A stretch of 62,538 bases of DNA, counting the filler, from Diploschistes diacapsis (taxonomy: Eukaryota): the NCBI GenBank assembly GCA_023645945.1. It is 13 parts of 13 records of this genome, joined end to end, with 100 filler letters (N's around TTAATTAATTAA, not from the genome) between each part and the next. Parts side by side here need not be neighbours in the genome. Positions count along the whole stretch, not along the records: positions 9,304 to 34,984 come from JALAIB010000203.1; positions 35,085 to 38,069 come from JALAIB010002030.1; positions 38,170 to 41,147 come from JALAIB010002031.1; positions 41,248 to 44,218 come from JALAIB010002032.1; positions 44,319 to 47,288 come from JALAIB010002033.1; positions 47,389 to 50,351 come from JALAIB010002034.1; 7 more parts are not named here. One strand, 5' to 3'. This document shows positions 34,646 through 47,644 of this stretch, in pieces. A program made the position numbers and the translations under genes. The notes beneath the pieces were generated by a model. That model did no database searches. It was not told the DNA's origin and saw only the letters and a program-made list of their open reading frames with translations. Each line of letters opens with the position of its first letter. The first letter of the stretch is position 1.

Positions 34646-34984
34646 TCATCCAGACACTGCATGACCTACTACTTCCTGTGATCGTTTCACCCTGCAAATA
34701 AGCATCCCATCGTAGTTCTTTTCCCCCACCGTCTGCAACAGCGAGCACTCCAACCTCCCATCCTTGGCCGCCCCCTCAATCACCGCCCTGCTGCCCCTGA
34801 TGGCCACATCATGCTTGGCCAGCTCCTCGTCCGCGACGGCCCCCTTCCTGACCACGTTGTCCACAACGACACAGGCCCCCTCCCTGCACATCGCCACCGC
34901 CTGCTGCAAATACCACAAATTATTCTCCTTGTCCGCATCGATAAACACAAAGTCGAACTTCCGCTCCCCCTTCCCGTCCCCCTC
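34646..34984 (-). CDS. O-methyltransferase family 3 (caffeoyl-CoA OMT-like), 5'-truncated by contig end
   Basis: FDFVFIDADKENN..Y....G..VVVDNVVRKG; QTVGEKNYDGM. Confidence 0.85.
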   Translation of the reverse strand, partial: EGDGKGERKFDFVFIDADKENNLWYLQQAVAMCREGACVVVDNVVRKGAVADEELAKHDVAIRGSRAVIEGAAKDGRLECSLLQTVGEKNYDGMLICRVKRSQEVVGHAVSG

Positions 34985-35634
34985 NNNNNNNNNNNNNNNN
35001 NNNNNNNNNNNNNNNNNNNNNNNNNNNNTTAATTAATTAANNNNNNNNNNNNNNNNNNNNNNNNNNNNNNNNNNNNNNNNNNNNGTCCAAGTTGAGACGG
35101 AGGAGTTTCCGAGGCTGAGCTACAGCCACACGCCACATGCCCGTCCCAGCCCTACAGATGGCATCCGGTTACTTGCCAAGACACGGTATGACATTCCTAT
35201 GGAGAGCTTACCATCAGCTACAGTCTTGAGAACCTTCAGTGCCAGCTCCGCGGTTTGTAGACCTGTGGAGATGGGGAGGGAACGGCAGTCTGCGTTTCGA
35301 AGCAAAGTTTTTGTCTAGAAGATGGGGCTAGAGGGGTTTGAGAGGGTATGGACTACGTGAGATTGCTGGACTCTGATCTTGAATAATCCTTGGTTAACTT
35401 AAAGTAGAGAGAGGGGGAGCCCTGATGTAGGTGAACAATTGAACAGGACTACAGTGACTGAGAGTTACTGGCTGCAGCTCATTCATTCTCTTCCTTTTTC
35501 TCCGTGATCTTTTCCAATTTCCTACCAAATGATGCCGGCCCCATTGCCAAGGGATCGCACCTCATCAGATCAAATCATGATAAAAGCAATAATGCAATAG
35601 GCACAGTAAACACACAGGATCCTCCATTAGACCA

Positions 35635-36420
35635 TCATAATCCCGCCTGAGATGCCACAACCTGCGCAGCTTGGGCAGCGTTCTCAGAGCAAGTGAGGTG
35701 GGGCTCCAGAATCAGATCGCCGTGCGCGCAAATATCGTCGCCCGTATGGCAGAGGACAAGCATTTGGCTGGGACATTGCCAACCGCTTCGCCATCATCGG
35801 GGTCTCTGGAGATGACAACTATAGAATCAATCAGCAGCTGCTTTGGTATCTCTTCAACACTACCTCCCGCAGTTGATGGAGCTGGCCTGCAAAGTGCTAA
35901 TCTATTTGGTCGCGTTGTGCACGAGTTGACATCGTTGACTGATGCTGCTGTTAGCCGCGTTGAAGATGTTGCTTTCAAGGTTTTGACTTACTCGTATCCG
36001 GACACGACGAGCTTGGTGCTTGGGCATTTAGACTGAACCTGGCAATCCGTTACTCGATGCTCTAGCACTCTCCTGAATGTTGCACACCTGGCCGATTAAA
36101 GTAGCTAGAGTCTGACTACCCGTTGGCTCGCCGCCTTCCAAGAACCCCTCGATGTCGGCAGGATAGTCAATACCCTAGACCGTGATTTTGCCGGTGCCAA
36201 CCTGGTTTGCAAGGGCTTGGAAGAAAGGAGGTCCAGCAAGGGGGCACTGCCGACCTTGCCAGGCTCGGTTGTTCCGCGAGCGAAGAGAACTGTTATTGGA
36301 TTGCAGCTCGAACGGCAATGAATAGTTCTCTATGTCGACACCGGTATACTGACGTTTCGCATTGGGCACAGCAGCAACTATTGCCACGGCGAGAACGCTA
36401 GTGTTCGCGAGGAAGCGCAT
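35635..36420 (-). pseudogene. Cutinase (CE5) pseudogene
   Basis: Signal peptide, FARGTTEPGKVG, GPPFFQAL, V*GIDYPADIEGFLEGG (in-frame TAG at ~36175), CPSTKLVVSGY, CHTGDDICAHGDLILEPHLT; the blocks lie in different frames. Confidence 0.85.
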
Positions 36421-38169
36421 AGTGACTATCAATTTCTTTGAGGGTGCTCGATATCTTTGTTTGCTTGGTTGAAGCTATCTCGACAGCACAGGGTGAGAAA
36501 ACCAGTGCCTCTTAAGCTCTAAAGCACGGCAGTCGCCTGTTCTTGTCATTGTCCTCACCGAGCTTTCATGTCTCCTTCCCAGACTGTCTATATCCGAAAT
36601 CCGGTTGGGTCGAGATCGATTGAGAGTACAAAAGCCACAGTGGGCGCATTCGTATGTACCAGGGTGCCGTTCCGGAAATTCTATGGAACCCTACATTTGG
36701 CATCGCTTGGTACTTTAGCCAAAGGCTCAACACTCCAGGAATAATGCCGGGTTCTGTCCTGGGTTTAAAGCAGGCGCGAGCCATTGAGCTGGCCATTCTT
36801 CATGTGGTAGCTCCAGGCTGCTTGAGAACAAACCAAAAGGAAAGAAAGAGAGTAGCCTGGAGCTACCACGATGATATGAACTGGCGGAATAAGGTGTGGT
36901 GTGTATACTTACAAGCGTTCCAAATACTTGTGGCTACATTCCATTAATCCGTCCATAAAAGGGTAGCTCAAACAGGGGGTGTTCAATCTCTAGAGACCCT
37001 TCATCGTCCTGTCAACTCTTGGTTCCAACCTCAACAGAGGGCGGTGTGCGGATCATGAGACCGTCAACCATCTCGTGAGGGTTTAAATACTCGTATATTA
37101 CACAGAGATTTCAAATGCAGTCCACCATAATGGGACATGCCGTCAATCACGCTTGGAGCGAAGAATCTCACGGTGGCTAAAAAATAACAAAGTCTCCAGC
37201 CCTGGTGCTGGTTTGAGCGGAACCTGAACAAGCGTATGGGCCTGTCCGTGAAGAGTTTCCTGTATGTGAAAGAGCGAGGACCATTTCCCCGACCGTCATT
37301 TTCGATCCAGCTGGGGACGGTCAGGACTGCAGAAGAGCGAACTGTCGGGAACATACTGGGGTTCTGTAGGATACCGATGCGTTTCCGCTGTCGATGATGT
37401 AGCAGCGTCGATCACGAGCGATGTGCAAGCAGTTGAGGACAGAAGCCTCCCACGGGGCGGGAGCTGCAGCTGCCTTGCAGCAATGGGGGACTACCCTGTT
37501 CCAGACTTTATAACATTTCAGACTTCGGCCCCGACATGGTGACTCCGCGACCGCGCTGGAAGATGCTCTAATAATAGCGCCCTGCCATTACCGAACCTGC
37601 CTCGGACTTCAACACGCTCGGGTCAAGGACGATTGGGCGGTCTCTCGAGAGCACCGTCCACGAGGTAGGATGCTCGTTCACGGCTTCCCCGCTCTCGACA
37701 AATCCGTTCCCCTCCTTCAGCATCGTGTACCGCTTTGTATCATCATGCCTGGGCGGGTCCGCCAAGCCGAAATCCCTGCTTTAACTTGGCAATTTTCAAG
37801 CCTGGCATGTCCACCACCCCCTTCATTCCTCGACCCGTCTTCCCCCTTCCAATTCCCCGCCACCAGCGCTCCCAAAACGCAAGCCGAGCACAGCCATATA
37901 TCCTTCCACAGCGTACAGCATCGGGACAAGTATCGGACTGCTCGGCACCCGAGAGCAGGATACCATCCTGCACGCACAAGAGTATGGAACAGTATCTAAC
38001 TGCGCCTCACGTGTAAGCTGGCTGAGAAAGCTGATGATTGGAGGAGGAGGAGGAGGAGGGGTTGGGGAGNNNNNNNNNNNNNNNNNNNNNNNNNNNNNNN
38101 NNNNNNNNNNNNNTTAATTAATTAANNNNNNNNNNNNNNNNNNNNNNNNNNNNNNNNNNNNNNNNNNNN

Positions 38170-41147
38170 TTTGATAACTGGTTGATATGATAGCGAAACG
38201 TTATCTCGATTATTTAGTTTATTCGTTCCGAAGATTCATTCGTCTATAAATAATAAGTAATCGAGGTAAAGCTTGTTATTTATAATTCCTTTAGGATTGT
38301 TTTTTAAAAATCTGATAAAAACTTTAAATCCTTGTCCGAAATCAAAACTCGAGGTAAGTTCCAATTCACGAGCCTCAGTCGATAGATTAGAGCTATTGTC
38401 CACCTTCCGGCAGACCATACTTTCTTACCTGTTATCAAGGAAATGGCCTTCGTCAATTTATCTGGAATTAATAATATTATATCGTATTTATCCTTCGTAG
38501 TTAGCAACGCCAGTATGAAATCGATGGTAATAATATAGAATGACCTAGCCGGCGCCGGAATCGGTTATATAAATCCATATAGCTTATATCTAGATGTCCT
38601 ATTAGTCTAACACGTTAAATAAAACTTTATATATTCCCGAAACTTCTTCGATAAATCTTAAATATAATATTATTCTATTAATCTTTAATATAAACGAGCA
38701 TATCTTAAATATTTATTGTTATCGTAAACCTGCTTAAAGAACCTTGCTTCGAGCGAAGAAGATACATAAAGACGATATCCCATGGTAAAATCGTCAAAGT
38801 ATAGGATATCGTTAATCATCTTGTACGGTAATCTCACAGCGTTCTCTCCCAAAATGTCGTTCTTTCTGACTTTGGTCAAAATCCTTTGCCATTTAAGTTC
38901 TTAATACCCAGCTAAAAGCATATCTTTTAGTTCCTACGCCATCTAAATAACCGTAATTAAATAAACGATTATCTCGATAAAATTCTAGAAAATATTTAAT
39001 ATATTTTCGTTAATTTTTGTCCGGAATTCTCTAAATATTAATCGTAATAATGTATTAAAAATCAAGTTCTTCTTTCTAAAGATATATTTAACGATTATAT
39101 TAAACCTTTAGATATACTTAAATACCCGAATTAAACGTAAGTTAAGTTTCTTTATACTAATCTCATTAAGAGAAACTTGTTTATTAATCCTGACCGTGGC
39201 GGCATGATCTATAAAAAAGACATTGAATATATCCTCGTTAGATTTAATCAAATATCGAACCTTCTTAAGAAATTAAACCAGTCCAGCTACCTTTAATTCT
39301 ATTAGCCAATACTTCTTTTCGACGTCGTTCAACTTGCGAGATTAAAAAAAAATCGGTTCTATTAAATCGTAAACTGGATATCCATAGGAATCGAACTTTA
39401 TATCTATTTTAATATAATAAAGTATACAATCAATTTTAAAAACCTTGCTAGCATCGACGTTTCTATAGAATTTTCGATGTCGGTCGGAATGGACTAGCAT
39501 CGTGCTTTTGACGAAGATATCTCGAAGCTATGTGAAAGCTAAAAGCTTTTTCTTTGTTAGTTCTTGCAGCAATTTCTTCTCGATATAGCTTCTTCTCCTA
39601 AATCTATTCGTAGATTTCGTAGATTTTTTAGAAGCGGATCTGAATTCTTGGTTAAATATTGCTTTACGTTTTTTTAAAGGTTCTATTATCGTTATATAAT
39701 AAGGTATATACTTGTATATATAATCTGTTAAACTAATATAATATTCTAATTAGGTTAAGCTCGTTAAAAAATTAAGTTCCGTAATAATTCTAAGTTTATC
39801 CGTAGAAGTAATTAGATCTAATTCATCAACTTTCTGTCTTAATAGCTGGACGGAAGGAAAGCTAATGTAACTTTTCTTCGAAATAAGCGTTATATTAATG
39901 CTATTAAGTTTAGCAAAGATTCGGTAAAGATGGTCGAGGTGTTCGGCGAAGGTAGCATTATGGATCATAATGTTATTTTAATATGCTCGATAAAAAGTTT
40001 TTAAATCGCGAAATAAGTTATCTATCTAGCGCTGAACGTAGGCCGGAGTATTAATGTAATTTATGACCGGTATCTAGAAAGTCTTTTGGTTACGATACGT
40101 AACGAGGATTAATTTATAGCGGTGTTCTGGTTTTATTTAAAATTATTAAAAGAATTTAGCTGCATCTATTATCGTGATAAAAGCTGTTCTTCTAATATCG
40201 TTCAGAATGTTTGTTTAATTAGATATTAGATAAATATCCTTTTTAAACACCTTATTTAACGCTTTGATGTCAATAACGACACGTTCTTTCTTAATATCAT
40301 CTGTCATTTTCTATACGACAAAGACGAGGAAGCTGAACGGCGTATATTTATTAATCCAGGTCAATCTTCTTTACTCATGTAACTCGTCGAATGTCTCATC
40401 GATCAGAATCTAGTCTCGTTTATTCATAAAATACACTTTTATTGAACCTGCTTTATAATTATTTTTCTAACTTTTTAGTAATGGTATTTCTAGGTACTAC
40501 GTTTTAGGTATCGTGACATTCCTGGTATCGATCCATAATCTCGGGTATGAATTAATCATTTCTGTTAATCGTATCAGAGTATCTTTATTTCCGTAAACTG
40601 TAATCCTATTTTATAACTTTATTTCAAATTTAGTCGGCTTTCGATCGTTAGACTTAAGCATGATTTATATAAAAAGGTATCGTGTTAAATTTTCGAAGTA
40701 ATTATTTACGGTGTAAGCCGTATTTTTATTGTAATCGATTATAACCCCTAATTAAAATCTATTTAATAATATTTAATCTAGATCCGAATCGTTTCGTATT
40801 AGCACGGCGTTAATGTTATTATCGACGATATATACGTAAACGGATAGCTTTTATTAGCGTCTTAATTAAAAGAGGAAATCTCGATCTTTCGATAATCCTA
40901 AAAATACTCCCTTCGAGCCGGCGATAAGTACTAAAATTACCGACCTTGAAGGTATTATAAATATATTTTAAATAATAATCGTAATAATAATCTTTTTTTA
41001 GGCCATGACTAAAATCGGAATCTCTAAATTAGCGTAACTTCCGATAATTATAATTTATTTTTAAAAGTCGACAATAAATTATTTTGGAGATAATATGTCG
41101 ATATCGATAAGAATATTAACTCGTAAATTATTTACGATATATAATTC
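38170..41147 (-). mobile_element. RIP-degraded Ty3/Gypsy pol (protease-RT-RNaseH-integrase order)
   Basis: RT remnant TFAEHLDHLYRIFAKL..VQLLRQKV (39750-39968); integrase remnant DKLTKAI..LPRVLISDKDLKFLSDF (38304-38507); many TAA stops. Confidence 0.9.
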
Positions 41148-41247
41148 NNNNNNNNNNNNNNNNNNNNNNNNNNNNNNNNNNNNNNNNNNNNTTAATTAAT
41201 TAANNNNNNNNNNNNNNNNNNNNNNNNNNNNNNNNNNNNNNNNNNNN

Positions 41248-42970
41248 GATATAAAGAAGTTAAGAAGATTTAAAATATACAATCATTTAATAACGAGGCA
41301 CTGAATGATACTAAGAAATTTAAAATCTTAAAAAAAAATCCTCAGCTAAAAAAGAAGGATAAGGTTTATTTATATATAAACAATCTTAGGATACGAAGAC
41401 CCTTTAAGAAACTAAATCACGTTAAAGTCGGATTTTTTTTATCGATAAATAACCCGTTATACCGAACGAAACCAAACGAGTTAATTATCGATTCAAGCTA
41501 TTAAAGGACGCGAAAGTTTACCCAATGTTTCATTTTAAATATCTCGAACTAATATATCCAGATATATCGTTATAAAAAACCTTCCACTTTAAACTAAACA
41601 ACGAGAACGAATACGAAATCGAAGCAGTAATACATTATAAGGACGATAGGTACCTAATTAAGTAAAAAGGTTACCTAAAGTCGGAGATAATATAGGAACC
41701 TAAGAAAAACCTAAAATATTATAAGGTAAAGTTAGCGAAATTCTACGACATTAATGGACCCATTATTAAGGACAATTGGAATTGAGGATGAAGAATTTAC
41801 GGGATATACGCATATCTGATGTAGAAGTTAACCTATCAAGAACCTATAATACTAAAAATAAAAGGTCAAGATTACGATAAAGAAAAGATATTTACGAATA
41901 AATTATGTAGAAGAAACTTCCTCTTACACCGTTAACAGCGCGTTATCCTTTAATATCCAGTTTAGGCGACCCGGTGACATCGTTACTAACTTAAACAATT
42001 CTAAATTGAATTCCGACGACACGCCCTTTTAGGCGTTAATATATGCCTCGAACGATTCTAAATCTAACTCTTCCGTAAAATAACGCGCCTATATATCGGC
42101 ACGATTTTTCGTCAGTTTTAGAACCTTTCGGTTACGTTAAATACGGCGTTTACGTTAAAGACGATGATCTTTAATTTCGCGGAATTGTTTCTTTAGCATT
42201 TTTTCTTATTTATCATTATTATTAATTAACTTTTTATCTTTTTCGATCTCGTTTCGCTTCGAAACGATAATCCTTTCAACCACCTTTTAAGTAACCGACA
42301 CGTAATCCTTCCGACCTAATTCGACGCAGCGGGCGCATTTAATAGAAATTAAAGGTATTCTAATACAGTCGTAAGAAAAGAAATAATAATTATAAAGAAA
42401 TATATTTAGAAAGCCTCGGAAACGGATAATAATATTAAGACGTTTCTTTTATTTAGAAGATAAAGAAGATATCGTTATTTTACGATTTGGGATTCTTTTT
42501 TATCTTATTTGTATTAACATCCTTCGGTGCTTGTCGGGCCGACAAAATTAAAGGAGAAAGATAGTGTTACGATCCAAATATCGCACTTAATACGCAACAG
42601 CGTTTCTTAGTCACTTCTTATATATAGACCAATTATGATGACACGGGTCACGTGATGAGTAAAAAATTTCAAAGAACCGTCTATTTTATTATAAATAGAA
42701 AGAAAGAACGATAGTTTTATTCATCTATTTATCTATTTTTAACGAGGACTGTTGATTATATAGGAATTTTTATTATAGCTTTTTTAAGTCTTGATATGTT
42801 TACTTTTATAAATATCTTTAGTTATTGCTCGGGATCAATTTATATTCGTTACTTTTATCGTTAAAGCCTTCTTTTTAAAGATAACTTAAGATTTATAACT
42901 GCTCTATCTTTTTCTTCTGCTTGCACTCCTTTTCTAAACGAGATCAAACCCATCTTGATCAATACCTCGT
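41248..42970 (+). mobile_element. 3' part of a RIP-degraded chromodomain Gypsy element: integrase/chromodomain, antisense ORF remnant, PPT and 3' LTR from 42565
   Basis: YEIEAVIHYKDDRYLIK*KGY near 41610; purine tract AAAGGAGAAAGATAG immediately before TGTTACG at 42565. Confidence 0.75.
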
Positions 42971-42974
42971 GTCT

Positions 42975-43430
42975 ATTTTGTAGAGATAGAGATTATAACA
43001 TATAAGCTGCTTATCGTAATTAATATTAAGCTTTTCGTTTAATTTATTAGATCTTTTAAGATCTTGGAACGTATTGGTAAGTTAGTTTATAAATTACAAC
43101 TATCGGATAATTATTATAGTCACGAGATTATCAATATTACGTACCTCGAGCCGGTATTAGACCCAGCTAACGATCTTTACCGTAAACGATTCTTACCGCC
43201 GCCGTTTATAACGATCGGGATCGACGAAAAGTTTAAAATCGAACGATTATTAATTAAACGCCGTATACGTAAAAGACGCGGATGGAATATATAATATCTA
43301 ATATAATAATTAAAGTATAATATTACCGACGATATATAGATTATAAAGCGAGAACTATAGAAACATTCGGCAAACCGGATCCTCGAGTTCGAAATAAAAT
43401 ACACTGGCGTTGTGAAAGTAGGATTACTAG
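42975..43430 (+). mobile_element. Integrase C-terminus/chromodomain of a second Gypsy element
   Basis: FKILERIGKLVYKLQL..HEIINITYLEP..FKIERLLIKR. Confidence 0.8.
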
Positions 43431-44948
43431 GGATATAGGACTAGAATTATGTCTACGAGGTGGAGGTAAGTTTAATAAAGGAGCAGAATTGCTTTAAAGA
43501 TAGGAAAAAGGAGAATAATATATGATATATTATCAAGATATTTGGATTAAAACTTCGAGGGTTTGTTTCGCTGTTTTAATACCTGTTTAGGACTATTTAT
43601 TTATTTATTTCATCTTACTCTAATCTATCCCTCGGGGGGCATGTAGGACTAACTATGCGTCTTCTCTAGGGAAAAACCTCTGGGGTGCCAAAACCCTAGA
43701 ATTCGGCGTTTACCGCCCTACTGGCGATTCGGTTCCCATCCGTTCCTGCGCCGTTTATAAGTATCTCGTCGAGATGCTATTACCTAGCTAGCCGGGATAT
43801 CGTAGAATAAAAAAGACGCGAGATTATACTGGGCCAAACGATCTATACGTATAATTCAATCGAAAAGGATTCGGATCCTTTACGGGTTTATCGTTAATTA
43901 TTTTTAATCTAATTTTTCTTAATATTTCAATTCTTCCCTAGTATATAAGATATAGAATATAATTATATGTCTAACCGTTTTTAATCCGCCGTATAACGAT
44001 ATTTTAGCGATTCGATTCCGAGAACGTTTTATTTTTTAAAACATTTATTTTATTTATTTAGACCGGTTCTTGCCTGAATCGCTATTAAACTTTTTATTTT
44101 TCTTAACCTTCGATATAAATCGAAAACTGTACGGCCCTCCGGTATTATAACGATATCCCTTTTTCATTTCCTGTCCGGGTCCTTTCCGTTGATTTTTTTT
44201 CTTTTCATTTTTCCGTTCNNNNNNNNNNNNNNNNNNNNNNNNNNNNNNNNNNNNNNNNNNNNTTAATTAATTAANNNNNNNNNNNNNNNNNNNNNNNNNN
44301 NNNNNNNNNNNNNNNNNNCAACCCACACCCCCGGGGGGGGGGGGGAAGGTGCTCCGTACCATTGCCAGCGAGACCAGGTTCCTCAAGCGCACGGCAAGTT
44401 GGGCAACGCGCGTTTCGTGGTAGCCTGGTTCTGTTGCTTGAGTGCGTTGAAGAAGGGAATGGGAAGGGGAAGGGGAAGGGGGGAAAAAGGCTGGCTTACG
44501 GAGCATGGAGGAGGATGTTGCGAAGGGTTTGTCCATTTTGCTGGAGATTGCTGGGGGAAGGGGAGCTGGAGAGAAGTTGGAGCGGGAACTGCGGAGGGAA
44601 AGGGCGGTGTCAAAAAATAGAAAAGGTTGGTTGGAACGCTGCTGGTATTCTAACGAACATCACCGGGTTGGCAAAAGACTCACACTAGTCCATCATCGGC
44701 TTTTCACAAGACAACTTGAAGCGGGTCGTCGCTCTTTCAATTAAATTCTATGTACAATTGCTGCCTATGACCTTATGTAGCTACCATGCCAATGCTTCCA
44801 TGCATGTATGAACCGGCCATCGTCCAGAAGACAACAAGCACCCCAACCATGCATATCCTTTTGAGGGTGCCTTCCCTTTGGTTCGTGTATTCGTCATCGT
44901 TCAGTCATGATCGTGATATCTTCGTGTGCATCGCAAGTTGCATCTCCG

Positions 44949-46499
44949 CTAGAACACCATCGCTGTCGCAGCCGGAGCACACGCATTCCTCTTCTTCATT
45001 ACCTGAAGCCACCCGAACTTCGTCCCCTCGCCTCTCAATGCTGGCTGCGGTTTGGGTTGACCCCAGCCAGATTTCGAAACAGGCTCAGACACCATGCGAC
45101 GGGGTGCAAACCTTGCAAGGCCGTTACCAAACCCATACCGACTGATAGTGCTCTTTATCGAGCGGCTCGTGCTCGAAGCTCTGGAGGGAATGTCGGGAGA
45201 GGGCTTGAGAGAACGGGATCGGGAAAGTGAATCGGTGCGCTTGAGATCGACCGACTTCCCATGTCTCTCGTGCGACTCGTGCGGAACTGGTGGAAGAGCG
45301 TTCGGGAGAGCGAAGCCGAACAGCTGGCCAGCGAATTCTCTCTTCCTCGAAGGAATACGTCGCATTGGCGGGGTCTCGGCCTGATCGACCAACGTGCCGG
45401 AGTCTTGGCTGTTCGAAGACCCCGCGCGGAGGTTCTGTGATTTGGACATTGTCCTCAAGCGGCCATTTCTTGGAGGCGTCAGTGGAGGGGACCTTGGCGA
45501 CTCGAATAGGGAACTCTTCGGACTCTTGGGCCGACTCAGGTCCGGCCGAACAGCATCGACGGGCGTCGAAGGCTCCTGGAATGGAGGGACAAGCTTCGAC
45601 ACGTATACGCTTTGCGGGCCTTTCAAAGATGCACGGGCCGACTGGCCTGCTCTTTTGCGGGTCGTGCTCCCGTTCACCTCGGGTATTTTTCTCGGGGATG
45701 CTTGCAGCTGTTCGGCGATGCAGTTCGAGTTCGACTTCCGCGCCATGCTTTTTCGCGAGCCGGAAACGGTAATTGGCATGTCGAATACGCCTTCCTTGCC
45801 GAATTTGGCACGGTAGGCTTCGCAGACTTCTTCGAGCACGTCTTCGCTGTATTCGAATTGCGTGTAGGCTCGCCCGAGATATCCTCTCGAAAGAAGGATG
45901 TCCTTGTACATTGTGTTGACATGATGGAGGAGCTCGACGCACGACTCCTTGCAGTCATCGCGGAAGAGGGGTATCGCATCCTGCCCTCCGAGATCTGCAA
46001 GCAGACCCTTCAGGATGTATATGCAATCCACGGCCAGCACCGTGAGGCCCTCGCCGGAATAAATAAGATCTCGCTGGGCAATCGAACGATGTACGGTATA
46101 GGAGACTGCTCGCTGCGACTCGAATATTTCTCGTGCTTCGATTGGCTTGCAGAGGTCCAGCATGGCTTTCAGCCAGCACACATCGATGGCGTACTTTTCG
46201 TTGGCCTTCTGAATGAACTTGGCAAGAAGATGTTGCGTCTGTATGCCAACGGGCCAAGCCGGTATTATTTCGGGGCGGGAGCTTTTCACGACAAGTGCTA
46301 CATGCAGGCCGTGGCATGCAAGCTTGCCGGATATGTAGTGAAACGCCGTCAGTAGAGGCTTGCAAGCAGCCGTGAGATCCCACGCGAAGACAGGGCCGGT
46401 TTGGCCGGAGCAGACTCCATCGTAAGTAAGAGGGCTGAGGAATGGCATCGAAGGGGCACGACCGTCACTCGATTGGTTGGACGCTTGTCCTTCAGTCAT
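44949..46499 (-). CDS. Conserved Pezizomycotina hypothetical protein (DUF7582-like N-terminal domain, disordered S/P/R-rich C-terminus)
   Basis: 516-aa ORF; YISGKLACHGLHVALVV..RSIAQRDLIYSGEGLTVLAVDCIYILK. Family assignment is from memory only. Confidence 0.7.
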   Translation of the reverse strand: MTEGQASNQSSDGRAPSMPFLSPLTYDGVCSGQTGPVFAWDLTAACKPLLTAFHYISGKLACHGLHVALVVKSSRPEIIPAWPVGIQTQHLLAKFIQKANEKYAIDVCWLKAMLDLCKPIEAREIFESQRAVSYTVHRSIAQRDLIYSGEGLTVLAVDCIYILKGLLADLGGQDAIPLFRDDCKESCVELLHHVNTMYKDILLSRGYLGRAYTQFEYSEDVLEEVCEAYRAKFGKEGVFDMPITVSGSRKSMARKSNSNCIAEQLQASPRKIPEVNGSTTRKRAGQSARASLKGPQSVYVSKLVPPFQEPSTPVDAVRPDLSRPKSPKSSLFESPRSPPLTPPRNGRLRTMSKSQNLRAGSSNSQDSGTLVDQAETPPMRRIPSRKREFAGQLFGFALPNALPPVPHESHERHGKSVDLKRTDSLSRSRSLKPSPDIPSRASSTSRSIKSTISRYGFGNGLARFAPRRMVSEPVSKSGWGQPKPQPALRGEGTKFGWLQVMKKRNACAPAATAMVF

Positions 46500-47644
46500 G
46501 GTCGGAAACGATGAGACAACGAAGGGCTACTACGTCAGGATAGGTAGCACAGCAGGAAAGATGGCAAGATGGAAGGTATAAGATGATGGTGGAGATACTC
46601 GCTGTCGGGACACAAAGGTTGCCAGGGAGACAGACGCTCTGCAGCGAAGACGGACTGGCAACAAAGATGTAGGAAATCGATACTAGAAGATGAAAGGTTT
46701 CTGCCAGCTCAAGCCGGACATTTAATACAACAACTGGGTAGAACTCGCCCAGTGGAGGCCAATTCGGGTAAGGAGGAGAAGGCCTGGTTCACACGGGCCT
46801 AAATAAAGAAACTCTGACCATCTCACCTTGGTGGAGGTGCTGCACGGGCAATGAAAGGTCCACAACAGCATTCTTGGGTATGGATCGGAATCTATCTTAA
46901 GGGTAGATGTCAGCCATACAGATTGGTTGTTTGAGGCGAGGCGGTGGTGGTTGAAGATGGATGAATCAAAAAGCGTAGTATAGAAGAAGGATGGAGAAAG
47001 AAGGGGAGAACTTGGGGGATGGTGACTGCTGCCACGTTGCACGTTGGTCTGACCTTATGCACCACAGCCCAAAACGCGCCTCCAGTTTCGCGGGGAAGTT
47101 CGTTGCCAGCCGTTGCCGGCGGGGGGGAGATGGGACTTAGCGGACAACAATAGCAAATAGCAGCCAATCCTCGCCATTACTTTGTATTGACCCCGCTGGA
47201 CCCCAGCGGCCACTTGTCCCAACTGCCCCACGCAGCTTAACTGGGGAGCCGGGGGACTCGTGGCTGGGACTGGCTGGGGGTACTGGGGNNNNNNNNNNNN
47301 NNNNNNNNNNNNNNNNNNNNNNNNNNNNNNNNTTAATTAATTAANNNNNNNNNNNNNNNNNNNNNNNNNNNNNNNNNNNNNNNNNNNNCGTTAGGATTAA
47401 ATATAATTATTATTTGATTTATAGGGCTTTAACTTACTTTTGGAGATAATTCACTTTAAATGTTTATCATTGTATTTTTATTATTGTATCACCTGTTCGG
47501 TTACTAGGGTCGGTTCGGGTACTAGGGTCACGACTGTATTGAGTGAACCAAAGTGAACCCACTAGAGATGCATATTACTTTTTCTACTTTTCGATGCCAC
47601 ATGCCGTTGCTTGTTGATTGAATCTACACATATCCCACTAAAAG

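Noticed and set aside
36950..38069. Short ORFs at the right end of the cutinase contig
   Set aside because: No recognisable motif or consistent exon chain.
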